A stretch of DNA of 64,000 nucleotides from Anthoceros angustus (lineage: Eukaryota; Plantae; Anthocerotophyta), in the NCBI GenBank assembly GCA_010909165.1, contig MU008198.1, positions 62,001 through 126,000 of the forward strand. The letters are read 5' to 3'. Shown piece after piece: positions 1-11,732 of the stretch. The notes under the pieces are model-generated. The model saw nothing but the letters and a program-made list of their open reading frames with translations, had not been told where the DNA came from and did not search any database. How positions within the stretch are numbered: position 1 is the stretch's first letter; every line of letters begins with the position of its first letter. A program made the translations under genes and the position numbers.

Positions 1-283
1 CAGACGAGCTTGGCTTGAGCTCGAGGTAGCTGGTGGTGGAGGGGGATGGAGGTGGGCACCTTAAATCGCTGTCCCAGCGCGGATGGGCGGGCGCCGGTGG
101 TGTCGGCGGGCTGGAGGAATGTGGCATGCCTGCATCCTGAATCGGTCCCATTTGGAGCTGCGGATTTGGGCGGGGCGGGTGGTGTGAGCAGGACTCCCGT
201 CAGGCAAGGGCTTGTGCTCCTGGCTGGTGGTAGCGTCGCTCAGGTCTGGGCTGCTGAATGTTGGGAGCCCCTGCTTGCTGCAG

Positions 284-1605
284 CTCTTTTTTGCTGAGCA
301 AGCGACTGTGTTGCCCACGCAGAGAGCGGCCAAGAGGAGTGGCAGAGTCGGGAGCGCAGTTTCCCTTTCCCCGAGAGCATCTTTTCCTTTGAAGCCGCCT
401 CCTTACAAGATGGTAAGGCTGCTGTACTGTCGTGTGCTGTCTCTGGACTCTGGGGACTTGGGCGAGACCGACTTTGGTGAATTTGATACCAATCCGGTGC
501 AGGATGCTTTGGAGCCGCTGATGAGCAAACGCACTTTGGAGTACCACTGGGGAAAGCACCACAAGGGGTACTATGACAACTTGAACAAGCAGATTGAGGG
601 GACTGATCTGGGAGGGAACACGTTGGAGGAGGTCATCAAGCTCTCCTACAACAATGGCAACCCTCTTCCTGTCTTCAACAACGCCGGCCAGGTACGTGCA
701 TTCGCAGTTGCATTGCTTTGCTTTGCTTCTTGCAGGTCCTCGAGTCTGGTTGCGTCGTCTGACGGTGCTGAGGTAGGCAGGCTGTCGATGATGCAGGCAT
801 GGAACCATGACTTCTTCTGGCAGTCCATGAGACCTGGCGGTGGTGGCAAGCCAAGTGGAGAAATTTTGAACCTTATAGAGCGGGATTTTGGTTCTTTTGA
901 GCAGTTTGTCAGTGAGTTCAAGCAAGCGGGTGCTACGCAATTCGGCTCTGGTTGGGCCTGGCTCGCATGTCAGTACATCCATTCCTTCTCTTCTCATGCT
1001 CATTCTCTTTCAGTGCTGTGGTGTGGTGGAAGCAACGTGGCCGTGTTGATTGTGTTTTCAGTGAAGAAGGAGAAACTGGTTGTCGAGAAGACGGCGAATG
1101 CTTTCAATCCGCTCATATGGGGCCACATTGTAAGTAACTCGTCAGGACCTTCTCCCGATCCAGTAAGCCGTCGCTACTATCTTCACACAGTCTACTAAAC
1201 TTGCCCCTGTCGTGTTGCAGCCTCTTCTGACCATGGATGTTTGGGAGGTAAGGGCCTGCCAGGCACCGTGATATCGTGCTCCACTCCTTTTCCACCTGTA
1301 TTCATTTCTTTTCTTTGTTGCCCGACTAACATGCTCCATGTCACATCCACCGACAGCATGCGTACTACTTGGACTACCAGGTACACAATCTCGTCTCCCT
1401 TCCCTTCCGTCTTCTTCATGTGCTAGCTTGGCTGTGTACAAGAGGCTCTGAAACTATAGACTTTTCCTCTCTTTTGTAGAACCGACGGGCAGACTACATC
1501 AACACTTTTGTCGACAAGCTAATCTCATGGGAGGAAGTGACTGCTCGCCTTCAGCGGGCAAAGGCATTCGTGAACCTTGGAGAACCGGAAATCCCCGAGG
1601 AATGA
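284..1605 (+). CDS. FSD3: Iron superoxide dismutase, plastid FSD3/FSD2-like (5' end uncertain, first exon may be upstream)
   Basis: GT-AG exons ~284-412, 503-691, 797-968, 1062-1129, 1221-1247, 1357-1380, 1480-1605 give [30 protein letters not shown]...[14 protein letters not shown]...[10 protein letters not shown]/...[23 protein letters not shown]...[15 protein letters not shown]. All four metal ligands are present. The C-terminal AFVNLGEP tail resembles plant FSD3. Confidence 0.9.
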
Positions 1606-2025
1606 GGACTAAGACCCTCAGAGTTTTGGAAAGAATTGAGTTACATAACTCAGCACAGCATAGCTCAGCTTTACCGTCGGCGTTATGTTGATATCCCCTG
1701 GCCAGAGCCTTGGACCTAATAGAGGAGAGCATTGTACAGATTTCAGCACCCCGTCCTGTCGCACGGAACGGGGACCGTGTCACCGACTCTTCGTGAGCTG
1801 GCGACCATGCGGCCGGCCACGTTGGAGTAGAAGGGCACGTGGCTGAAATCGGCTTGTTGTCCACTTGTCAACCAATCCCCGTGCCGTTGTTCTTCCTGCC
1901 AGCTGCTGCTTCATAGATATGGCAGCGAGCCGGATGAGCGTTCGGTGACCACTCTCTTCAGGCACAGCTGCAAGCGCAATCTCTGCACATCCTGTGAACC
2001 TTTCCTAAGGCATTAGGAAGGAAAG

Positions 2026-3014
2026 ATGGCAGAGGCGAAGAGCAGCAAGTCGGACGAGTTCCAGCAAGGTGATCATGTGTCTTGGAAGTATGGTGTGGGC
2101 AAGGCCACGGGGCGGATCGTGTCCAAGGTGACAGAGGACACCAAGCTCGGGGGACGTACCTTTCGTGCCACGCCTGATGACCCCAAGTATCGGCTGCTGG
2201 CTGACAAGACGGGCAGGGAAGTGGTGAGGCGGGGCCAGGTGTTGTCGCGGGTGGAGGAGGCGTCGCCCGAGGCTGCAGAGGAGGAACCGGACCAGTCGGA
2301 GGAGTCGGAGGAGGGCCATGAGATGGAGACGGAGAAAGCACCCGAGGTAGAGGCGCATGAGGAAGAACCGGCTCCTGTTCACCAGGGAAATGACAAAAAA
2401 GATGAGGTTCTGGAGAGGAGCCAGGAGGAAGCTTCCGGGACCGCTGCAACAGGTAATTGAAAGAAAGGTAAAAGAAAGCAAGATTCAGGTGGCTGTAGCT
2501 TTAGCTGAACATTACTGCCCTGACTGTGTGCGTCTAATAATCCCGAATGACGGTATCCTGTTCCTTCTTCGCAGGCGCAACATGTGAACCACAGGGCGCG
2601 GTGGAACCGAAGGCAACAATCAAGTCTGCTCTGATAACGGGGACCGGGGGGGACAGTGCTATACCCAGTGAAGTGGACGATATCGACTTGAGCAAGCACA
2701 GTGTTACCCGTGGCCAGGAGGGTAAGGAGGAGGAGAGCTTGGCGGAAGCTGCCATGCATGAGAGCACCGTGGACACGGTTGCCATGGAAGATGAGTCTGC
2801 ATGGCAATTGGGGAACCAGCCACAAAATGCTCCAGGGGATGAGTATCACGGAATTCAAGGTGGTGAGGGAGGAGGAGGAGGGACGGATGCCCTTGATCCC
2901 GGCTCGGGCAAGGACGAGGCACGTGTTAACCCCCCCCACAGGTTGCCGCATCAAGAAGTAACTCAACCGGGCCAGTTCGCTTTTGTAGGATACCAACAAC
3001 AATTCGAGAGATAG
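2026..3014 (+). CDS. DUF2945 (Hva1 Tudor-like) domain protein with acidic disordered tail, ~288 aa
   Basis: join(2026..2452,2575..3014) with a phase-1 GT-AG intron. The N-terminus FQQGDHVSWKYGVGKATGRIVSKVTEDTKLGGRTFRATPDDPKYRLLADKTGREVVRRGQVL matches the DUF2945 pattern GDxVxW...G.I....T........A..DDP.Y.I..DKTG. Confidence 0.75.
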
Positions 3015-3142
3015 CACCATTTCGTGGCTTTACCTTCCTAGTACAGCAGCATGTGAATAATTCAAGATTACGTCTTCGCTCTTTCCTAATATGTTATGTG
3101 TGCGCTAACGTCGCTGTTAAGCATTCTGCGCTTCATTCGGCA

Positions 3143-3302
3143 CTTGGATGGGGTGCATGGAGGAGTGGATGCCCTAGGCACCATGGTACAAGTCCACCCC
3201 ATCTTGGATGGGGTGCTGCTTAGAGGCAGTGGATGCCCTAGGCACCATGGTACAAGTCCACCCCATCTTGGATGGGGTGCTGCTTAGAGGCAGTGGATGC
3301 CC
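3143..3302. repeat. 64-bp tandem repeat (~2.5 copies) with internal hairpin
   Basis: Unit gtggatgccctaggcaccatggtacaagtccaccccatcttggatggggtgctgcttagaggca starts at 3165 and 3229. It contains the stem-loop caccccatc-ttg-gatggggtg. Confidence 0.85.
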
Positions 3303-3784
3303 TTGGTGCTAGCTTAAACCCTTGCCTGCGGCCAAGGGTGGCTCTCCTCATTCCCGGCAGCTTTGGTGGTGGCTCCCAACGGTGGCTCCCAACTCGCAAC
3401 AGCTAGTATAACTCCTTAGTAAGTTCCGACGGTTAGTAAATTTTTTAATAAGTTTTTAATGGTTAGTATTAGTAAGTTTTTAATAGTTAATAAATTCATT
3501 AGTAAGTATTAATGACTAGTAAGTTATGAGCAGTCCTAGCAAACTTGCGGCCCACCCACACCTGGCTGCCTCTACAAGACCTCCAAATCCAAATCCCAGG
3601 AATTGACCTAGATCTTGTCGTGCATTGGGCCTCCTCTGCAGGACCTCTTAATTCTCCACTCCGAATTGATGGAAATGGAAGCCAATTTCTCGACCACCCC
3701 GAGAGCAACAAAGGTATCAGCAAGGGAGAGAAAGGAACAAAGCTTAGGCAGCCTCCCTAAGAAAGCCTAGGCAGCCTCATCTCA

Positions 3785-3962
3785 TGGATCCTATGCGAAA
3801 GCCTCATCTTATGGATCCTATGCGAAAATCTTATGGATCCTATGCGAAAGGCCCTATGCGAAAGGCCCTAAAGAAAGCCGATAAGCCCTAAAGGCCCTAA
3901 AGAAAGGCGATAAGCCCTAAAGGCCCTAAAGAAAGCCGGTAAGCCCTAAAGAAAGCCGATAA
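3785..3962. repeat. Short degenerate tandem repeats (probably TE/LTR remnant)
   Basis: tggatcctatgcgaaa x3, followed by taagccctaaaggccctaaagaaagccg-type units. Confidence 0.7.
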
Positions 3963-4299
3963 GCAAGGTGGATGTCATGCTAAAGGCGTCGTGGCAAAGG
4001 TGTAGTCTCGAGAAGCGCGCTTTGTATAAGGCCATGAGGTGATCAGACTGCCCTCGCAATCATTGCCGAGACTCTAGCAAAAGCCCAAGGGGATTATCCA
4101 GACACAGAGTCAGGAGGACAACAATGAAGGAAGAAGCAAGTATGAGTTGAGCCTCCAAAATAGTCCGATCGAAGTCCTTAACCAAGCGCTTATGAACCAG
4201 GCCTATGTGATTCTTGCCCCCCCCCTACTGTGAACAATTTCTTGCATACGAGACAAAGAGTGTCCTTCCTACACACAAGATAAAGAGTGTCTTTGAAAG

Positions 4300-7200
4300 A
4301 CGCGGAAGAAGGGGTCTCATGACACAGAAAAAAAAAAAAACCAAAAAAACCTTAGTTGAAAACCACTCTAAACCAAAAGAAAATCCGCCCCCGATCAATT
4401 ACCACCACGCTCCAAACCAACCATCTGCGCCACACCGTTTCGCACCAACTCAGCTGTGCTCTGTAATCGCTCCCGCTCCCAACGGGGAACCTGGAGACTT
4501 TATTATGAAAAAGAGATGGGAAAACCCATCTCCCCTAAGAGAAGGAGGAACAACCCTTAGGAGGGCACCAGACGATGGGGAACTAACCCACGTTGTCGTC
4601 AATCTTATAACTGCCTACTGCGCCAAGGATATCAAAATCAGGGATGCGAAAGAGCCTACCCACCACCGGTGCCGAACAAGTCGTCTGCCCTGCGCTTGCC
4701 ATGGTCCTATACACCGCGTTGGCCAATCCCCACTGCAGGGCGATGGACACCCGTTACCTGTAGCAAGCCACGACACATGGAAGAGGGCGGCCAACCCTAT
4801 TCCTGCAGCTGTGGTACTGGTACATGTCTTAAAGAACCTATAAAAGGCCTTCCCCATGGCCCCATGGCCCCATGGATCTCGATGGCGCGGGGGATGAAGG
4901 CATGCCCCTGCTGCATAGGAGAGTAATTACGAACCTTCGCCATAGCACATCCCTCCGCTGCCCACCCCGAAGGGTTGAGGATCACATGCTCACTAACGGA
5001 ATCCCGAGTGGGGTTAGTGATAACCACATCTGCAACCGAAACCTGGTTACCCTAGGCCAAAAAAAGGTCCGCCCAGAGGGCAACCCTGTTAGGCAGAGTT
5101 TAAGGGCACTCCTGTAAGGAAAGAAGTCTCCCTCCTTAGCCAACAAGAACATGACGTTGCGAACAGCATCATGTGTTGCAGTGCGCTGCTTACCCACGAG
5201 ACAGCGAGCAAGGTGGGTCCCCAAGTCATCGAGGGGCGCCCCACAGTTGCAAGCCTGGAGAGAGCATGCTAAAGGCTTGACCAAGCCCAAGCGAAACCTC
5301 ATCGTGGTAGAAAAAGAGGTTGGTGCGATTCGGAAAGCCTAGATGGAATGCTGAGCAAGAAGCCATAAACCTGCTCCCTTACCTGAGCAAAAGCGGAGAT
5401 GGGCACGAGCCGCCCTGGGGATGGACGAGTCCTGAAGAAGGGCCACCTATGCCTTTCGATGTTGTTTTTCCAGGAGGGACGCTTGAAGCCCGCGGAATTC
5501 AACCTCAGTGAGTGAAGCAAAAGAAGGCAAGGCAACCTTAGCCTTTGTGAGTAGGGAACCTTTACCCAAACGGAGGGACAGTTGCAAGGGAAACCCGGCT
5601 TCCTCCACTCTTGCGACGAAGGACTCCAAAATGCGAGAATCCCTAATGACGAAGCGAGAGACGAGGATGGAAGTAGAGAGGGCCCAATTCCCAAGGCAAG
5701 CTACTGGTGGTGAGGCTTCCGTAGCCAAAGGACCAATGCCAAACACAACGAGGAGGGACACCTTTCGCCTGGCCAAGTGTCAAGCAGCGCACTCGAAGGT
5801 GCCTGGGCCAATGATGCCGCCGCCTATATAACTTGCCCTGTCAAAACCCCTCAGGCTGGACAAGAATCTCATGAAGGCTAGAACTGTGTGAAGGAGGTAG
5901 CTTGGCCTACGCGCAAAACAAGAAGATAAAATATCGAATGTCACATGAGGATCCTCTAATTGGGAGAGATTGTCGATATATGCTAGGTCTTTCTGCATCC
6001 ACGAATTCCTATTTGAAAACTAGGGGCCCCACCGAGACCCCTAAAACTCGATCCATTTCGCTAGACATCAAGGACTACTTCGCCGAGGAGCCTTTTTGTT
6101 TGAATAGGGTCGTCTTCGGTTGGGCCCTCATTTCTGCCACGCGCCTTTCCGCGGAGAATCTGTCGGGGTCGGTTTATGACCGTCTCTTCGAGATTACTTG
6201 ACCCTCGAGGATCCCTCTAGCGAGTTCTCGGAGTTGTTTCTTCTGGTGGATGCGGTGGTGAGGGAGGAGACCCCCTTCCGAATTGCTTAAGTGTTGAGGG
6301 CCAGTCGCTTGTTGGCTATACAAAAGCCCACCTTCGGGGATCGCCCCATATCTGTGGGGGAGACGTTTTTACAGTTAGTTAGTCGCAGCATTGTCATCTA
6401 ACTTCGAGAGCAATTCCAAGGTCATCTCAGCCCATACCAGTTTGGCATACGAAGGTGAGTGAGTCTATGGCGTTCGGAGTGGGAGTGATCTTGGAGTCCC
6501 ATCGCGATTGAATCGCATTGCAGGTGGATGTCGAAAATGCTTTTAACACCTTCTGTAGGGCGGCCATTTATGACGAGCTCAAAGATTCAGGTCGGCAACT
6601 TGCCAACCTTATCCCTTTTGCCCGCTCCTTTTACGGGTCTCCGTCCAATCTCTATTATCAGCATGGGCCGAGGTCAAGGGGGTTTCGGTATTGTCTTCAG
6701 CAACTGGCACCAGGCAAGGGAATCCGTTCGAGGGCACCCTTTCTCCCATAGCTCATTTCTGGGCTCTGTCCATAACTGCCTCCTCATTTTAAGATTGTTT
6801 GTTTCTCTCGGCGGCGGACAACACCCATATCATGGAGCTTTGTGATCAGGTCAAGGAGGCTTTTGATCTTTTCTCTACGAAGCTCTCTCGTCTGGGTCTA
6901 AAGGTGAAGATTTTGAAGTGCAGAGTATGATCCCCCTCCGGCGTAGTGCCCTTTCTTTAGTATCCTTAGGAGGATATTGCTTCCCCACAGGGCTCCAGCG
7001 CGACCAAGCAAAAGACATCGCTTCAGACGCACCCTTCCAGAGTCCGGACGAACACCGTCCATCTTAGTGAAGTCTAACCGAGACCTGGCTGAGTGCTCAC
7101 ATTCTTCTTGTAGAGCCTTCCAGTCTCAGCACGGAAACGGTGGAGATGGGAGGTGACCTCTTGGTGGCTTGAAAAACTGTCGCAAGAGCGTTGAAGACAT

Positions 7201-7500
7201 CACATGGGGAGGAAAAGAAATAACGCCCACGCAGCCTCGTCCTGGGAATCTTGCGCGAGACGCTCCAAAAGGGAGCCGATAAGCAAGACGAACGTCATCT
7301 TGAAGGCACCTTGGCAGGCGCCGAAATAGGCAAGGTCCAGAAAAAAAGGGACTCGTAGAGAGCCAAAAGGTAATCAGCTTGTCTGTGAAGCCATTGTTAG
7401 AACCCCGAAGGAGGTCCACAATGAGAATCTGGGCTTGGAGTCGGGGGAGTAGCGATAGAAGAAGAAGCCAGCCGCAGTTGGGCCTCTCACGTTGTCCGCT
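4300..7500 (-). mobile_element. Decayed CRE/NeSL-like non-LTR retrotransposon (RT + CCHC + restriction-like endonuclease) with an internally inverted segment
   Basis: Minus strand: pre-RT region AAWALFLFLP...RFRA*DWKAL (~7250-7000), RT domain 7 RVLGVSVG (~6040), CNCGAPLDDLGTHLARC...RTATHDAVRN (5250-5150), and RLE RADLF...VADVVITNP...AKVRNY...FIPRAIEIHG (5075-4870). Plus strand ~6055-6988 carries the RT core: LLAIQKP..RPISVGE, QVDVENAFN, GTRQG. Boundaries are approximate. Confidence 0.8.
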
Positions 7501-9337
7501 CGAAGTCCTTGTGAACTAAGCTGATATGGTTCCTAACCCCCCGAGCTCTGAAAAATTTTCCACAAACAAGGCAAGGGGTATCCCGAGCGGGGGTCGAAGA
7601 AGAAGGCCCCATGGAAGAGAATACCCTAAAAGAGTAGACAGAGAATACCTAATAGAGAACCCACTCGACTGTCCCTATGGTGGGCCCCACCAGAGTTATC
7701 CCTGTGGAGGGTTTCACTAGACTTGTGAACGCCCGCCTGGCTCAGACCGCCGCGACGGGTCGGCCTCAGACGGCCTAACTCACTGTGGCGGCCTGCGTAC
7801 CATAGGGGCCGAGGGCCAACAAGCGGCCCAGGCCAACGCCGCCGCTAGTCCTAAGCCGCCACTTGGCCCAGGCCAATGCCGCCGCTAGCCCTAAGCCACC
7901 GTGCGGCCCGCGCCCATGTGCGGTGGGGCCGGCCTGCTCCCCGCACCGCTCCTCGCTAGCCGCTCCGAGCGATAGTGCCAACGAGTAGGGTCAGTGACAA
8001 CCACATCTGCTCCAAACCACACCCGCTCCAAACCGAAAGCTGTACTCCAAACCCGTTCCCGGGCCCGGACCCTAAATTGTACTCTGAACGGCACTCGCAG
8101 TCTGCAACAAGGTGCATACCACGCAGACACGCCCGGGCCGAAACCTGAAGGCCACCCCTACCTCACCATGATAGCCCGAAGGTCGATGCCGCCATGGCCA
8201 CCGCCTTACACTGCAGGTCCTCGCCGCTCTGTCATCAGCCCTGAACCAAAACCAGGGATTGCAAAACCAGGCGGTAAAGGGGAGAAGCCGCTGGCTCTAG
8301 GACCACGTCTCTTGCCATGAGGAAGAGCGTGGTAGCAGTAGAGGCCGGGTTTCCGTGCCCCGGCCTCTTCCTAGAAATGCCTTGGGTTCCCTTCTCAACC
8401 CATGGCTGGGCCTTTCCATGTCGATTCTTCTCCCTTCTCTCCTCGATCAATCTCGATATAAGCAAGGCATACTTTTCTCGCAAACTAGGGTAGAGTGCTT
8501 GGGATTAGCGGAAGCGATGTACGCGGTCGCGATGTCGGTTGGAGCTTGCATTTTTTCGTTACTACAGCAAACATTTGTGCAAAAACTCATTTCGAGATAG
8601 ATGGTCGAGCATTGAGGAGTTAAAATAGTACACTCGTTTATGCCTTGCTGGTTACCCGCTCCAAGGCCATGCCATTCCTCGCATTCCAAGGCACTACCAT
8701 CCCTCCAAGATTAAATTAAAACCGGGCCAACTCCGAGCAACTTCCGTTCTCAAATCTACACCGTTTATGATTGCATGCAAATTCGGTTGCTAACCCAATG
8801 ATATCTAAGTGGTTGAAGGGCATCTTCTGGAATTTCGGAATAGGAAGACCCTCGAATGGGGCCAAAGACACCCGAATTCTGATTTTGAGCGCCTACTAGG
8901 TTTTTCTTATGTGAAGGCCAAGAAATGGAGTACGAGTAACGCAAGGAGTCCCAAAAACACCACTCAAAGAAATGTGTTGGCGTTGTGTGGTGCGATGGTA
9001 CGAAGCCGAGAGCTGAGGGAGCTCCATGGGGCTGAGGCGATATCGGCATGTAACTCGAGAAATATCGGCGTGCAGCAGTGCCAGCGTGGAGTGGGGAGTC
9101 CACTGGGGAATGTTATCCAACTAGGGTACCGGGCGAAAGTGCCACATGGGCATAGCGCCGGGGGATAGATGATGGAAAGAGTGGAAAGTTCCAGAAACGC
9201 GGTAAATATCTGCGGCCGCCGCAATGTGCCCTAGGGTAATCGATAAGCGGGGTCAGGCAGCCCTAGTAAAGCACATTTGTGTGGTGCAGGGCTGCGGGGG
9301 TTGGAGCATATTGAGGGCGGGCGAGGAGCTAGGCCGA

Positions 9338-10979
9338 ATGTTTCCTGCCGCCAAGAGGATGTTGGCTGCAGGCGCGGCCTCGGCTTCGGCCTCGGCCTCC
9401 ATCGCCACCAAGGTCGGCAGGAACAGCGTGGAGTGGGAGTAGGCGTGGGCGTGGTCAGGACCCGGCACCAGCTCGCCTCGAAGAATGCGGTGGTGTCGTT
9501 CCGCATCCTAGAGGCCTCGCGCCGCCTCTTCTCCTCCAGCGATGGCGGCTACCCGGTGTGCGCAGCGCGTACGACGACCAGCAGCAGCAGCCTCCGCAGC
9601 AGCAGCAGCAGCAGGCCGCCGCCGCCCCAGCAGCAGCAGCAGCAACAGGGCCCGCCGCCGGGCTATGGCGCACCCAGGAACGACGGCTACGGGAACTATC
9701 CTCCTCCCCTGAACTACAACTACCCTCCCCACCTCCTCCAGGTCCCAGCTCCGGGTACGGCCTGCCGCCGCCGCAGGGCTCTGGCTACCCCGCCTCCGCG
9801 GGCTCCGAATGCAGGATACGGAGCTCCTCCCCGAATGTGGGGTACGGAGCCCCGCCTCCGCCTGGGCCCAACCCCAACTTCCTGCCCCTGCCTGGCTACG
9901 GGTCCTCCTGGCCCCAATGCGGGCTACAGGGCTCCGCCTCCCAACCCTGCTCAGACCTCCGGTCCTCCTCCGTCTTCCATCAATTCCGACTTCCTCCGCC
10001 CAGAAACACTGACTTCCCGCCCCTCCTCCCCGGAACTACCCCAGCTACTCGTCCCCGACCCCGGCCTCGCCCTCCCAGGCCCCCGCCCCGCCGCCCCAGC
10101 TCCGTCCCATCCCTGCTGATGGTGAGTTTCCGTCCCCGCCTTACCCACCTGGCTTCAAGTGTCCCCCGGACTGGGCCGGGCCCGGGTGGCCCCCTCCCCC
10201 CGACTACCCTCCTCCTCCCTACGTGCCCAGGGCTTCCACCCCTGACATCATGAACACCAGGAACATGCCGTCCCGGATGAGGCAGAGGTTTCAGAGCCAG
10301 CAGCGGGTGGACCAGGCCGTGCCCAGGCCTCCTCCTCCCCCGCCCACTCCCTATGCTGGGATCCCCACTACTGAGGAGGCTCTTAAGGGCCTCCCTCCAG
10401 GCTGGGACACGGTTATTACACACGGTATGAGTCTCGACCTGTGGGTGTTTTCGCTGGTCTCCGGGATTTTGAGTTTCGGGAACGTGGTTCAAACTTGTTT
10501 TCTCTCTGACCTCATTGTGGGTTTCTGTTGTGCGTAGACGAGATGGTTGAGCGAGACCGTCGCTGGAGAAAGTTCTTCGAGGACCCCACGCAGTGGTGGG
10601 ACAACCGCGCCGGCAAGGTAAGCAAAGTAATAATGCTGAACCGAGGCCCATGCTTTGCGTCGTGCTGTTAGTGCCCTGACATCGAGGAAGCCTTGCCTTG
10701 ACACTAAGCATTTGATTATGTGTTTTGGCTTACGTTGTTGCCGCGTATGTTGTCATGCTACAGAAGGACCCAAGGAAGCCGGATTTCGAGCACAAGACTA
10801 CCAAGGAAGAGCTTTTTATCAACCGGTGGATCAACCCCAACTGGGTGAGGGAGGAGCTGAAGCTGTACAACGAGAAGAAGGCCGAGGAAACACGACAGAG
10901 AATCGCTGCCCTGGATGCTAAGGATGCCAAGGAGAGGGCTGACAAGGAGAAGTTCTCTGCAGCTGCCGATTCCATTTAA
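9338..10979 (+). CDS. Organelle-targeted Pro/Gln/Gly-rich protein with C-terminal OSB-family PDF ssDNA-binding motif (apparent frameshifts in the GC-rich 5' part)
   Basis: Clean 3' exons ..10424, 10538-10617 and 10764-10979 encode RWRKFFEDPTQWWDNRAGK/KDPRKPDFEHKTTKEELFINRWINPNWVREEL, the PDF motif of OSB/pTAC9 proteins. The 5' part has MFPAAKRMLAA...SRRLFSS (presequence-like), (CAG)n runs and GYGAPPP-like repeats split across frames. Confidence 0.7.
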
Positions 10980-11732
10980 GTTCGTGGCTGCTGCAGGCAT
11001 GCCCGGTGCGGTGAACTTCGGAGGGGACGCCTAGCTCCATCGGTGTTGTTGAAATGGAAGTGTGGGCGATTCGTCGAATTTTTTGTTGTTGCGATCTGTG
11101 ATAGGTGAAACCCGTAAGGTGTGTAGCGAGAAGTCATCCATGCGGACAGCTGCATCAGACCTGAGCCGTGCATAGGGATAGTCTCGATAGGTAGAGCAGG
11201 TCCGTATTTTTGCATAGCGTGAGTCTCATTATTTCGCTCCTTCGCGGGCTTCTTGCTGAGGGTTATGGCTGGATCTTGTAGGGGAGGTTTTTGCTTTTAG
11301 GGTAGCATCGCTATAGTGACGAGCAGTACCCGTAGATTTCTGTCCCTCTTCGAAGCCTGATGGGCTTATCTGTTAATTGATCGACTGGTTACCTTTTTCG
11401 CGGCTGCTCTGTCTCGATCAAAGCTCCGTTTTTCCAGCTCTCTGAGCACGGCAGTCTTATCAGTTTGATCCTTAGAGAACCGGACTGCCGCACCATCATC
11501 TGTCATCCCGCATCCCCGCTCGACTCTGACCGAGGTCTGGATGATTGGACATGGTGACAGCCACCTTTAATGAATGTCTATATATGTACACATGTCGTCA
11601 GCCTACACATCGAACTTGCAAGGCTCTTACTTAGACCGAGAACGGTAAGGGTGGTGGGAGCTTATAGTGGTGAATTTGTTCGCTGTTGAAAGTCAGCGGG
11701 TCGCTGAAGCAGGGACCGCAACCTCGAGTACC

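Noticed and set aside
3143-3302. Palindromic repeat as CRISPR or REP element
   Set aside because: The whole 64-bp unit is duplicated with no variable spacer.
3860-3955. ccctaaa motifs as interstitial telomeric repeats
   Set aside because: They occur as gccctaaag inside a longer unit and never as tandem (CCCTAAA)n.
6055-6988. Twin-priming 5' inversion of the non-LTR element
   Set aside because: Element sequence continues upstream of the inverted block in the original orientation (7000-7400), so it is an internal inversion.
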